Assembly: GCA_963675665.1 (NCBI GenBank)
Contig: OY776510.1
Coordinates: forward strand, 1,760,001-1,824,000
Direction: 5' to 3'
Origin: Spirochaetia bacterium
Lineage (GTDB): Bacteria; Spirochaetota; Spirochaetia; UBA9216
DNA: 64,000 bases
Every line of letters begins with the position of its first letter. The stretch's first letter is position 1. This document shows, piece after piece, positions 29,154 to 38,386 of the stretch. Both the position numbers and the translations under genes were made by a program. Under the pieces are notes generated by a model. That model saw nothing but the letters and a program-made list of their open reading frames with translations, did not search any database and was not told the origin of the DNA.

Positions 29154-29818
29154 TGTGTTCAGCCGAAAAAAACGTGCACGCGCCGGGCCGCGCGCCGCAA
29201 AAAAACGGCTTCGCTTCGCTGCAGATGTTTTTTCACGCCGCACGGTCTTGCGCGAAGGACGAATAACTGCGGCTGAAAAACAAGGAAAAATCGCTGGAGG
29301 TTTTATGTTTAAAGGGCGCGTTTGTTTTTGCGGAGCAGCTTTTGGGTATTGCATATTTTGTGTTCAGCCGAAAAAAAGTGTACGCGCCGGGCCGCGCGCC
29401 GCAAAAAAACGGCTTCGCTTCGCTGCAGATGTTTTTTCACGCCGCACGGCCTTGCGCGAAGGACGAATAACTGCGGTTGAACAATAGAGAAAGATCATCG
29501 CAGTCTTTATGTTTAAAGGGTTTATTTGTTCTTGCGGAGCAGTTTTTGGGTATTGCATATTTTGTGTTCAGCCGAAAAAACGTATACGCGCCTGACCGCG
29601 CGCCGCAAAAAAACGGCTTCGCTTCGCTGCAGATGTTTTTTCACACCGCACAGTCTTGCGCGAAGGACGTATAACTGCGGCTGAAAAACAAGGAAAAATC
29701 GCCGGAGGTTTTATGTTTAAAGGGTTTATTTGTTCTTGCGGAGCAGTTTTTGGGTATTGCATATTTTGTGTTCAGCCGAAAAAACGTATACGCGCCTGAC
29801 CGCGCGTCGCAAAAAAAC
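29154..29818. repeat. Tandem array of ~204-bp units (3.25 copies)
   Basis: Units start TGTGTTCAGCCGAAAAAA at 29154, 29359, 29563 and 29767. Confidence 0.97.
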
Positions 29819-29850
29819 AGGACGGTTTCCCGGGTTAGGAAACCGCCCTG
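29818..29850 (-). terminator. Stem-loop downstream of aor
   Basis: CAGG-A-CGGTTTCC...GGAAACCG-C-CCTG; reads into a T-tract on the minus strand. Confidence 0.7.
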
Positions 29851-29890
29851 AAAAATGCTGTCCTGCAAATGCCGGATTACATTTGAAACA

Positions 29891-31690
29891 CTATAATACT
29901 TCTTTGTAAGCCTCAATGAATTTTTTCTCTATGCCGAGTTCTTCAAGTTTTTCAACTGTGGGCCGGCCTTTATCGTCCCATCCGCGGTAAGCGTAGTATT
30001 CGTCCATGGCCTTGTCGAAAGCTTCTTTTGTGTAGGCAATGTCTTTCGGCGGGCCTGCTTTAAGCAGTTCCTTGTGAAAGCGTTCCGGCAGTTTGTCTTC
30101 GGTTCGGTCGAATCCGGCCATGATGTTGAACATTCTCTGCAGGTTGAAAACCCTTTCGCCGGTTTTATAGATTTTATCGGCCGGCCAGCTGCCGCCGTAA
30201 GAGAGTTCGAATAATCTGCCCAGGGTTTCGTCGTCAATCGGCCAGAAGTCGCAGACGCCCATCGAGAATTTACAGAACTGCGAGTTCTGCATGTCGGCTA
30301 CAAGTTTGCCCTTGCCTTCGAAAGTGAAAGGATCAAGTTCTCCCCATGCTTCTTCGGCAATCGGGTAGGCCGACATATGGCAGCCTCCGCGCGGCGCCGT
30401 TACGTATGCTATTCCCATCGACCACGATCCGCGCGGGTCATAACCCGGAAGTTCCAGGCCTTTTACCTGGATTGCGAAATCCTCGCCGCCGTATTTTTCC
30501 GACAGGGCTTTGGACCCTGATGCGGCCTCATCGCCTATTCCTTCGCGGTTGGCAATCTTGTGAAGCATGGCAATTGCGCCGTCGGCATCGCCGAAGCTGA
30601 TGCCGAAATCGTGCATGCCTTTTTCGGTTGCTTCCATCATGTAGGCTATTGTTCCACCTGCCGAGATAGTGTCGACACCGAGATCGTCGCAGACGGAGTT
30701 AAATTCGATTACTTTTTCACGGTTGCCCACATACAGAGACGAACCGCCGAGAACAATACTTTCGTATTCTGGGCCTTCGACGGAGGCTTTTCCGTCTACA
30801 ACATAATTTCCGCATGCAATTCCGCATGAAAAGCAGCCTTTTTTATTTTTACGGACATCCTTGAATGACTGTCCGTTGATTTTTTCAGCGTCCGCGAATG
30901 TTCCTTCCTGAAAATTACGGGTCGGAAGCAGGCCGGACTCCTGGCTGTAGTCAACCAGACATGATGTCCCGAGATCGTAGATCTCATTGTCGTCAGCGGT
31001 TACCTCATCGCGGGCGGTGACTTCTTTCGAATATTTCAGCAGCCCCTGCAGATCATTAACGTGTACATCAAGCTTTCCCCTTATTGCGATTGCCTTCAGG
31101 TTCTTGCTGCCCATGACTGCCGCCATTCCGCCGCGGCCGAGCTGCCGGTATTTCTCTGAAGATACGCAGGCAAAGGGAACAAGGTTTTCTCCTGCCGGAC
31201 CTATAGCGAGTACTTTCGTCTCTTCATCGCCCAGCTCTTCCTTGAGTTTTGCGTCGACGGCAAATGTGCCGAGTCCTTTCAGAAAAGCGGCATCCCTGAT
31301 TTCAGCCTTTTCATCGGTGATATACAGGTAAGACAGTTTGTCTGCTTTGCCTTTGATATCTACCGCGTCAAAGCCTGCATATTTAAGCTCCGCGCCGGTA
31401 TGCCCTCCGACGGAACCGTCCGTTATTGTGCCTGAAAGAGGTGATTTCGTAGTCATGGCAAGCTTGGAAGAACAAGAAACAATTGTTCCGCCCATAATTG
31501 AAGCCGTCAGTACTACCTTGTTGTCGGGAGAAAAGGGATCAGTTTTCGGGTCAACATCTTCAATCAGTATCCTTGAGCCGAGGCCTTTCTGCCCCGTATA
31601 TAATTCAACCCATTCTACCGGTGTTTCCTCTTTACTTATTGTTCCGGAACTGAGGTCGATTTTCAGTATTTTCCCCATTAAGCTGTTCAT
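29891..31690 (-). CDS. aor: Aldehyde:ferredoxin oxidoreductase (tungstopterin family)
   Basis: TKSPL, LKYAGFD, IGPAGE, GRGG.AAVMGSKNLKA, CFSCGIAC, GPEYE, DDLGVD, DPR, RGGCH. Confidence 0.96.
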   Translation of the reverse strand: MNSLMGKILKIDLSSGTISKEETPVEWVELYTGQKGLGSRILIEDVDPKTDPFSPDNKVVLTASIMGGTIVSCSSKLAMTTKSPLSGTITDGSVGGHTGAELKYAGFDAVDIKGKADKLSYLYITDEKAEIRDAAFLKGLGTFAVDAKLKEELGDEETKVLAIGPAGENLVPFACVSSEKYRQLGRGGMAAVMGSKNLKAIAIRGKLDVHVNDLQGLLKYSKEVTARDEVTADDNEIYDLGTSCLVDYSQESGLLPTRNFQEGTFADAEKINGQSFKDVRKNKKGCFSCGIACGNYVVDGKASVEGPEYESIVLGGSSLYVGNREKVIEFNSVCDDLGVDTISAGGTIAYMMEATEKGMHDFGISFGDADGAIAMLHKIANREGIGDEAASGSKALSEKYGGEDFAIQVKGLELPGYDPRGSWSMGIAYVTAPRGGCHMSAYPIAEEAWGELDPFTFEGKGKLVADMQNSQFCKFSMGVCDFWPIDDETLGRLFELSYGGSWPADKIYKTGERVFNLQRMFNIMAGFDRTEDKLPERFHKELLKAGPPKDIAYTKEAFDKAMDEYYAYRGWDDKGRPTVEKLEELGIEKKFIEAYKEVL

Positions 31691-32094
31691 GCGTTAACCC
31701 CCTTACGTTCCTTAAGCGATATTACTCCTTTCGGGCACCATTCGATGCACTGGGGTTCGCCGCCGCAGAGATCACAAATCGTGGACTTTTTATTATTCAG
31801 AAAAATTATCTTTGTCGGACAGTTTTTAACGCATGTTCCGCACCCGATACATTTATTTTCGTCAACGATCATCCAGCGGCCGTTATTACTGATTGCTCCT
31901 ACAGGACAAACCTTTTCACATTTTTTGCAGAGAATGCAGCTTTTTGAAGCGATTTTTATTCCCTCGTCGTTGTATTCGTGAATCATCCTGAGCCTTGCTT
32001 TTTCCGGATTGAAAACTCCATAATGGTTTGAAGAACAGGCCAGCTGGCATAATTTACAGCCTGTACATTTTGAAAGATCAAATTTTAAGGGCAT
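31687..32094 (-). CDS. 4Fe-4S dicluster electron-transfer subunit of AOR
   Basis: Four Cys clusters; CAGGAGG RBS before ATG 32094. Confidence 0.92.
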   Translation of the reverse strand: MPLKFDLSKCTGCKLCQLACSSNHYGVFNPEKARLRMIHEYNDEGIKIASKSCILCKKCEKVCPVGAISNNGRWMIVDENKCIGCGTCVKNCPTKIIFLNNKKSTICDLCGGEPQCIEWCPKGVISLKERKGVNA

Positions 32095-32115
32095 ACTACC
32101 TCCTGAAAAAATTTC

Positions 32116-32209
32116 CAGCCATGGACGGCTGTAGTTATCAAGCGGAAGTTTGGGAGTGAAACTACCAAACTTCAAAATTAAAAAAGTGCAGGGATGCGCT
32201 TTTTTAATT
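32116..32209 (-). repeat. Dispersed three-hairpin element, copy C
   Basis: Minus strand: AAAAAAGCGCATCCCTGCACTTTTTT; GAAGTTTGG...CCAAACTTC; CAGCCGTCCATGGCTG. Confidence 0.65.
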
Positions 32210-32304
32210 CCTCCTTTTCAAGAATGGAAGGCAGTATCGTTTCCAATCCTACCCGGCGGCCGGTCTCCATGGGAGGCTCCGTTAGGAAATAGCGGCTCGG
32301 AGAT
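32209..32304 (-). ncRNA. Moco/Tuco riboswitch (variant lacking P3)
   Basis: CTCCGAGC...CCTAA...CATGG...GGC...GGGT...GGAAAC...GCCTTCC...GAAAAGGAG upstream of the aor operon; TTGCAT-N16-TATAAT promoter just upstream. Confidence 0.85.
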
Positions 32305-32425
32305 TTCTACATTATAAATTATCTATACGGTAATGCAATTATATATTATGTGTTTCAGAAAGATATCACCATGAAGTCAGAACCATACTATAGACCAAGA
32401 TTATATTACCTATTATTGTAGAATT

Positions 32426-32629
32426 ATGATTATTGTTAACGGAAAATCCGTCGAATGGAGACCTGAACTTACATTCCAGGATGTATTTAAACAGATCGGT
32501 TATACCATAAGCAACCCGCGGGTAATCGTAAAGGTAAACGGTATTACTGTTCCGAAGAACGAACGGAAAAAGTACAGTATTCCTGATTCTGCCGAAATAG
32601 AGGTTATAAACACCCTGTGCGGAGGTTGA
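32426..32629 (+). CDS. ThiS/MoaD family sulfur carrier
   Basis: 67-aa ubiquitin-like protein ending in GG; divergent from aor. Confidence 0.88.
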   Translation: MIIVNGKSVEWRPELTFQDVFKQIGYTISNPRVIVKVNGITVPKNERKKYSIPDSAEIEVINTLCGG

Positions 32630-32638
32630 TGAAACAGC

Positions 32639-34339
32639 ATGAATAAAAAGATCTGGCTAACCGGCGCGCTTTCAATAGCCGTCATAATAATTACAGTTTT
32701 TATTTATAACAATTTTATAACGGATAAAGATGCTGTTGCCGAAAAGCAGGCCGCAGCCGAGGCTGAACAGGCTGAAAGCCTCTCATACCGCGAACCGGGC
32801 GAGGCTGATTATATCTCCCTTACTGAAGGCCGAAGCGGAATACTTGAATACTCAAATGATGTATTTTCTGCTGAATTTACAGAGTCCGGGGCCCTGCTGA
32901 CCTCGCTTAAGCTGAATAAATATCTTGACGGCAGAGGTAATCCGGTAAATTTAATTTTTTCAGGCGACAGTGGCATGTCCGCTTTCACTCTTCATGACGG
33001 AGATTTTAACGGTAAGGTGATTACAGGACCTTATGAAGGCAGAATTAATGATGATAAGGTTGTTTTTACAGCTTTGTTGGAGGACGGAAACGGCAATAAG
33101 TTCAGGATTGTTAAAACCTGGGAATTTGCTGACGGCAGTTATATGTTGGGATTCAGGATTGAACTGATTTCTGTTGAGGGCGAGATTCCTCTCGGCAGCA
33201 ACGGTTACCTGTATTCGCTAGGGATTGGTCCCCAGCTCGGTCCGCCGGTTGAGAAGATGAACAGGGGTTACGTTTACCGGTATTTCTGTCTTCTGGATAA
33301 CGGAGAAAAAAGAAACGTCGGAACGCCTGAAGACAGCCTGACCCTTTCTTTGGATACGCCGTATCGCTGGCTCGGAATGGAGGGGCGGTATTTTGCGTAT
33401 GCCACAATACCGCAGCTTGATGATTACGATCCGGCCTGGGACGAGCGCCATGCAGAGGGTCTTTTTAAAAGAAATGAATACTACATTCAGCGGCCGCATG
33501 CAGCAGGGGCAGGCGGAGCAGGCTCTTTTGTATCGGATCAGTACTATATGTATTTCGGTCCGAAAGACAGGGCAGTACTTGAGTCTTTCGACAGCTCCGA
33601 TACAAACGTGTTCGGGCTTTCAGAACTTAACCTGGGGCTTCTGGCCGGAGACGGCGGGATTGTTTATGCCCTGTCGAATATTGTAAAGAATGTTTTGAAT
33701 GTTTTAAACAAGGTCGTTCCCAATTACGGTCTTGATATAATCCTCTTCGCCCTGATTATTCAGCTGCTTATTTTCCCGATTTCACGGAGAACGTATGATA
33801 ATGCAATAAGAATGCAGCTCCTTGGTCCCGGGATCGGCGAACTTAAAAAGAAATATAAATATAACGATCAGAAGATGAATGAAGAAACGATGAAGCTGTT
33901 TGAAGATAACAACGTCAAACCCCGCTCAAGTATGGTTCCTTTTGTAATACATCTTCCGTTTTTTATACTGACCTATGTTTTATTGCTGACCAATATTGAT
34001 TTCAGACTTGCCTCTTTTATTCCCGGCTGGATTAATGATATCTCTCTGCCGGAATATATACTGGATTTCTCTCCGGGCGTAATGCCGATTACCGGCTGGG
34101 ATAAAATTCGAATCCTGCCGGTGATAGCGCTGGCTGTATCCCTTGTTCAGTCAAGGTACATTCAGGCCCCGGCCGATTCCATCAGAAGTATGAGGATAAT
34201 GTCTTATCTCATTCCGGTTGTTATGTTTCTTGTTATTTATAATATGCCTTCGGGCGCTGTTCTTTACTGGCTTGCCATGACATCAACGAATCTGCTTATC
34301 CAGTGGCGGATTAAGGCCCGTTATGAAAATAAAAAATAA
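32639..34339 (+). CDS. yidC: Membrane protein insertase YidC paralogue
   Basis: N-terminal TM, periplasmic domain, YFGPK, NYGL.II, WINDISLPE, PSGAVLYW. Confidence 0.88.
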   Translation: MNKKIWLTGALSIAVIIITVFIYNNFITDKDAVAEKQAAAEAEQAESLSYREPGEADYISLTEGRSGILEYSNDVFSAEFTESGALLTSLKLNKYLDGRGNPVNLIFSGDSGMSAFTLHDGDFNGKVITGPYEGRINDDKVVFTALLEDGNGNKFRIVKTWEFADGSYMLGFRIELISVEGEIPLGSNGYLYSLGIGPQLGPPVEKMNRGYVYRYFCLLDNGEKRNVGTPEDSLTLSLDTPYRWLGMEGRYFAYATIPQLDDYDPAWDERHAEGLFKRNEYYIQRPHAAGAGGAGSFVSDQYYMYFGPKDRAVLESFDSSDTNVFGLSELNLGLLAGDGGIVYALSNIVKNVLNVLNKVVPNYGLDIILFALIIQLLIFPISRRTYDNAIRMQLLGPGIGELKKKYKYNDQKMNEETMKLFEDNNVKPRSSMVPFVIHLPFFILTYVLLLTNIDFRLASFIPGWINDISLPEYILDFSPGVMPITGWDKIRILPVIALAVSLVQSRYIQAPADSIRSMRIMSYLIPVVMFLVIYNMPSGAVLYWLAMTSTNLLIQWRIKARYENKK

Positions 34340-35243
34340 TACCCTTACAGCCGATTTGATGATCTTCTTTTCCGCCCTTCTCTGGGGCGGAGAATACGTT
34401 GTTGTTAAGGATATGCTTGATTATTTGCCTCCGAACTGGATAAACGCTTTGCGTTTTATTGCTGCAAGCCTGATAATGATACCGCTGTTCCGAAAGTATC
34501 TCCGGAGGCTGAACGCTGCCGAGCTAAAGGGCGGGGCGCTTCTCGGAGCGTTTATGTTCGGCGGGTTTACCCTGCAGACTATAGGTATTCAGTATACTAC
34601 AGCGGGAAAATCCGGGTTTCTGACATCAACTTATGTTGTTATGGTCCCTTTTATAGTATGGATATTCAAACAAAAATTCCCGGGCCTGAAATCCCTGGCA
34701 AGCGCTGTAATCCTGATTGCGGGTATTTCGCTGCTGTCGTTTGAAGGCGGCGGGGCGGGGCTTAACAAAGGCGACATGCTGACTCTTGGGGCCGCTCTTT
34801 GTTTCAGCGGAAGCATAATAGGTTTTGATTATTACTCAAAAAGATATCAGCCGATAAATCTGACCTTTGTTGAGATGCTGACAGGCGGTCTTTTGTCGCT
34901 TGTTATAGCTGTTTTTGCAGAGGATTTTCCCTCTTTCAGGGGGTACGGCGGGATGGAAATCTTTCAGATTCTGTATCTAGTTCTTCTTGGCTCGCTGCTT
35001 TGTCATGTACTTTCGAATGTGGCCATGAAATGGGCTGAACCGACCCATGCATCTATTCTGTGGTCGCTGGAATCGGTTTTTGCGTTGATCTTCGGAGTTA
35101 TTTTTCTTCATGAAACCATTAATCTCAGAATGTCCTTCGGGTTTGTGCTTGTGCTGATTGCCGTTGTTCTGACCGAAACGGGGGACGAGATAGCTTCGCA
35201 ATTCCGCGGGGTTATCTCGGCGGACCGAAAACGGAAAATATAA
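34323..35243 (+). CDS. EamA/DMT family transporter
   Basis: LWG...RF, LQTIG.QYTTA.KSGF, GD.LTL, LESVFA. Confidence 0.92.
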   Translation: MKIKNNTLTADLMIFFSALLWGGEYVVVKDMLDYLPPNWINALRFIAASLIMIPLFRKYLRRLNAAELKGGALLGAFMFGGFTLQTIGIQYTTAGKSGFLTSTYVVMVPFIVWIFKQKFPGLKSLASAVILIAGISLLSFEGGGAGLNKGDMLTLGAALCFSGSIIGFDYYSKRYQPINLTFVEMLTGGLLSLVIAVFAEDFPSFRGYGGMEIFQILYLVLLGSLLCHVLSNVAMKWAEPTHASILWSLESVFALIFGVIFLHETINLRMSFGFVLVLIAVVLTETGDEIASQFRGVISADRKRKI

Positions 35244-35320
35244 TATCTCCGGAATTAACCAGGTATAATGATCTTTTATTTTCTTTTATCTTCTTTTCCT
35301 TGCAAAAACAAATAACTAAT

Positions 35321-35360
35321 GGTATCCTGAAAACGTTACCGGTATCGTTTCCAGGATACC
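35321..35360. promoter_or_regulatory. LacI-type double operator (autoregulatory)
   Basis: 40-bp palindrome with 2 mismatches containing TGAAAACGTTACCGGTATCGTTTCCA. Confidence 0.75.
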
Positions 35361-35378
35361 GTGATAAAAGCAGGAAGT

Positions 35379-36383
35379 ATGACAGCTACAATTCGGGATA
35401 TAGCAGAGTATGCAGGGGTTTCAGTTTCAACAGTTTCAAGAGTTTTAAACGATAAACCTGATGTAAAAGAAGAAACCAGGCAGAAAGTTAATGAAGCAAT
35501 AAACAGGCTTGGTTACAGCCCGAATCTGGCTGCCAGGGGGTTGGTTCTTCAGAAAGCCAGCGTGATAGGTTTTATCACATCGGACATTACCAATCCGAAT
35601 TTTCCCGAACTGGCACGCGGGGTAGTTGCCCAGGCAAGAAAACATGGTTTTTCAGTAATGTTCTTTGATGCCAATAAAGACAGCAGGGTAGAGAAGGAGG
35701 CGATTGAGCTTCTCAGAAGCAAACAGGTCGACGGAATAATTCTTAATTTCGGCGAAACAGTTTCTGATGAATTGAAAAAGCTTAAAGCCGAGAATTTCCC
35801 CATAGTGCAAATTTACCGCAGAAAGGTCAGCACGGGGATATCAACGGTAGCTCTTGATAATATCGGGTCGGGCTATGCTGCGACATCATATCTTGCGGAA
35901 TTGGGGCACTGGAGAATCGGACATATTACCACAGGGGAAGGTTTTCAGTCGGGTTACGAAAGGCTGAAAGGTTATCGGAAGGGACTTTCGGGCGCCGGAA
36001 TAAGTTTCAATACTGCGCTTGTCCAGGTGGGAGTTAACAGTATTGATTCCGGCAAGGAATGCATGATGAACCTGCTGAAACTTGATCAGAAGCCGACCGC
36101 TGTATTTGTTTCGCATGATGTTATGGCCGTAGGCGCATATGAAGCAATATATTCAGCAGGGCTTAACATTCCCGAAGATATATCGGTAGTAGGACATGAT
36201 AATAATATCCTGTCCAGATCAGTCTGGCCGAGGCTTACAACAATTGATACGCATAAAAGCGAATTGGGAAAAGCAGGCGTCGATCTTCTTATTGAAGAGA
36301 TTGAGAATGAAGCGCCGTTAAATGAAGAAAGGGTTTTTGCAAGCGAATTGATTATCAGAAAGTCCTGTCGGTCGATTGTTTGA
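35379..36383 (+). CDS. LacI family regulator
   Basis: TIRDIAEYAGVSVSTVSRVLN; IPEDISVVGHD. Confidence 0.96.
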   Translation: MTATIRDIAEYAGVSVSTVSRVLNDKPDVKEETRQKVNEAINRLGYSPNLAARGLVLQKASVIGFITSDITNPNFPELARGVVAQARKHGFSVMFFDANKDSRVEKEAIELLRSKQVDGIILNFGETVSDELKKLKAENFPIVQIYRRKVSTGISTVALDNIGSGYAATSYLAELGHWRIGHITTGEGFQSGYERLKGYRKGLSGAGISFNTALVQVGVNSIDSGKECMMNLLKLDQKPTAVFVSHDVMAVGAYEAIYSAGLNIPEDISVVGHDNNILSRSVWPRLTTIDTHKSELGKAGVDLLIEEIENEAPLNEERVFASELIIRKSCRSIV

Positions 36384-36432
36384 GATTCAGGTTATGAAAA
36401 AAAACAGGCGATTGCTGTTTGATTTTTTTATA

Positions 36433-36470
36433 TTTTATTGAAAACGTTACCGGTAACGTTTTCAATAAAA
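36433..36470. promoter_or_regulatory. LacI-type double operator
   Basis: Perfect 38-bp palindrome TTTTATTGAAAACGTTACCGGTAACGTTTTCAATAAAA. Confidence 0.8.
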
Positions 36471-36503
36471 AAATGAATAAGGGATTATCCTTAAGGAGAT
36501 TTT

Positions 36504-37490
36504 GTGGTTTCAGAAAAGGATTTTATAGACAGATCTGTGGCGGCCATGGCGGCTCTTGGAATCGGCGATGCTGCGGGAGATTTGGGCAGGGATGATGCGG
36601 TTCGCCAGAAATTCGGCATAGTAACAAAACTGCTTCCCGAAGGGAAGAGTACCGATGATACGGAATTTACCGTACTTGCCGCACGCGCATTACTTGACAA
36701 CAGGGAAGACTTCACTCCGGCAGCAGTGGCCGACACATGGCGCAGGCTTGTTCTTTCGGACGGCGGCGCCAGGGAAAGGGGCGGTACGCCGCTATACGGA
36801 GCCTTATGGAATCTGTCGCAGGGTATTGAACCTCCGCTTTCGGGACAGGACAATACGCTGAATATAGACGACGGTGCGGCAATGAGGGCAGTACCCTTCG
36901 GTATTTTTTCCGGCGGAGATCCGAATGAAGCGGCACGCCTTGCCGGTATTGATGCATGTGTGAGTCATGATAAAGACGGCATCTGGGCCGCCCAGGCGAT
37001 TGCCGCCAGTGTTGCTGCGGCAATCGCCGGAGCAGCGCCGGATGATGTTGTTTCGACGGGGCTGAAGTTTATACCTGCAGACAGCTGGCTCGGACGACGC
37101 ATGAAACAGATGTCTGCAATTCTGGATGAAACTGATGATCCGTTTGAAAGATACGAAGCTCTTCATTCACGGTTATGGGCTCCGAGGCATTCCGTTTCGC
37201 CGGAAGCGATTCCCCAGATTTATGCTCTTTACAGAATGGCAAACGGAGATTTCAGGAAGGGGTTTATTCTTTCGGCCAATTTCGGCAGGGATGCAGACAC
37301 CGTCTGTGCTCTTGTGCTGGCTCTATGTGCAGCCGGTCAGGGGCAGTCCGTAATTCCGGATGAATGGATAGAGCAGGTCAGAAAACCTGCAGGGGTTTGT
37401 CTCGGATTCACCGTTAATGAAGATCTTGTTGATTTGGGAAAGCGGCTTGCAGAAGCTGCTTTGGAAGATGTCTCAAAGAGGAAAAAATGA
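36504..37490 (+). CDS. ADP-ribosylglycohydrolase family protein
   Basis: GDAAG, STDDTE, DGAAMR, SH, GRDADT. Confidence 0.92.
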   Translation: MVSEKDFIDRSVAAMAALGIGDAAGDLGRDDAVRQKFGIVTKLLPEGKSTDDTEFTVLAARALLDNREDFTPAAVADTWRRLVLSDGGARERGGTPLYGALWNLSQGIEPPLSGQDNTLNIDDGAAMRAVPFGIFSGGDPNEAARLAGIDACVSHDKDGIWAAQAIAASVAAAIAGAAPDDVVSTGLKFIPADSWLGRRMKQMSAILDETDDPFERYEALHSRLWAPRHSVSPEAIPQIYALYRMANGDFRKGFILSANFGRDADTVCALVLALCAAGQGQSVIPDEWIEQVRKPAGVCLGFTVNEDLVDLGKRLAEAALEDVSKRKK

Positions 37491-38386
37491 AAAAGGAATT
37501 GAGAAAGAAAATTTACCGGGACCGATATTTATATTTAATACTTCTGCCCGTCATGCTTTTCTTTGTCATCTGGCATTATGTTCCCATGTGGGGCGCGCGT
37601 ATAGCGTTTCAGGATATTAAATATATCGGAGCTAACGAGTGGGTCGGATTAAAGCATTTTCGTATACTTTTTTCTTCTCCCGTGTTTTTCAGGGTTTTTA
37701 TGAATACGCTGGTTATAAGCGCGATGAAAATTCTTCTTCTATTTCCGCTTCCGATTATACTTGCTTTCTTGTTTAATGAAGTCAGAAGTGCGGGATACAG
37801 AAGGATGCTGCAGAGTGTAATATATATTCCCCATTTTCTTTCATGGGTTGTTATCGCAGGTATTTTTATTTCACTGCTTGCTTCACCGGCCGGGGTTGTA
37901 AATAAAATTATTATTTTCTTCGGCGGCGAACCTGTTCCCTTTATGACTTCCACTTCACATATCCGCTGGGTTTTTGTTGTTTCGGAAGCCTGGAGAAGTA
38001 TCGGTTGGGATTCAATTCTATATATAGCGGCAATAAATAATATCAGTCCCGTTCTCTATGATGCTGCAGAAGTTGACGGTGCAAACAAATGGCAGCAGGC
38101 TGTTTCTATTACGCTGCCGGCGATTCTTCCCACCATTATCACCGTATTCATACTAAATCTCGGTTTTTTTATGAATGCCGGCTTTGATCAGGTCTTCAAT
38201 ATGATGAACGATGCGGTTATCAACAGTGTGGATATTATCGACACTTATGTTTACAGGGTTGGACTTATTAAAGGTAATTTTTCTCTCGGCACCGCCGCAG
38301 GTTTGTTTAAGGGCTGCATCGGGCTGGTGCTTGTTCTGTCCACGGACAGGTTGAGCCGCAAGGTTTCCGGGGAGGGTGTATGGTAG
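37487..38386 (+). CDS. Carbohydrate ABC permease
   Basis: WVGLKHF, PHFLSWV, LYDAAEVDGA. Confidence 0.93.
   Translation: MKKELRKKIYRDRYLYLILLPVMLFFVIWHYVPMWGARIAFQDIKYIGANEWVGLKHFRILFSSPVFFRVFMNTLVISAMKILLLFPLPIILAFLFNEVRSAGYRRMLQSVIYIPHFLSWVVIAGIFISLLASPAGVVNKIIIFFGGEPVPFMTSTSHIRWVFVVSEAWRSIGWDSILYIAAINNISPVLYDAAEVDGANKWQQAVSITLPAILPTIITVFILNLGFFMNAGFDQVFNMMNDAVINSVDIIDTYVYRVGLIKGNFSLGTAAGLFKGCIGLVLVLSTDRLSRKVSGEGVW

Noticed and set aside
29154-29818. CRISPR array
   Set aside because: Units are ~204 bp and almost wholly conserved, with no short repeat/unique spacer pattern and no cas genes in the window
29154-29818. Bona fide integron cassette array
   Set aside because: Only one side resembles an attC end, the matching RYYYAAC/GTTRRRY pair is incomplete, and there are no cassette genes or integrase; kept only as one hypothesis
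29148-29916. Repeated 64-68 aa ORFs (MQYPK...) and plus-strand ORFs within the array
   Set aside because: No RBS, unit 1 is 205 bp so frame is not preserved, and substitutions track base pairing rather than codons
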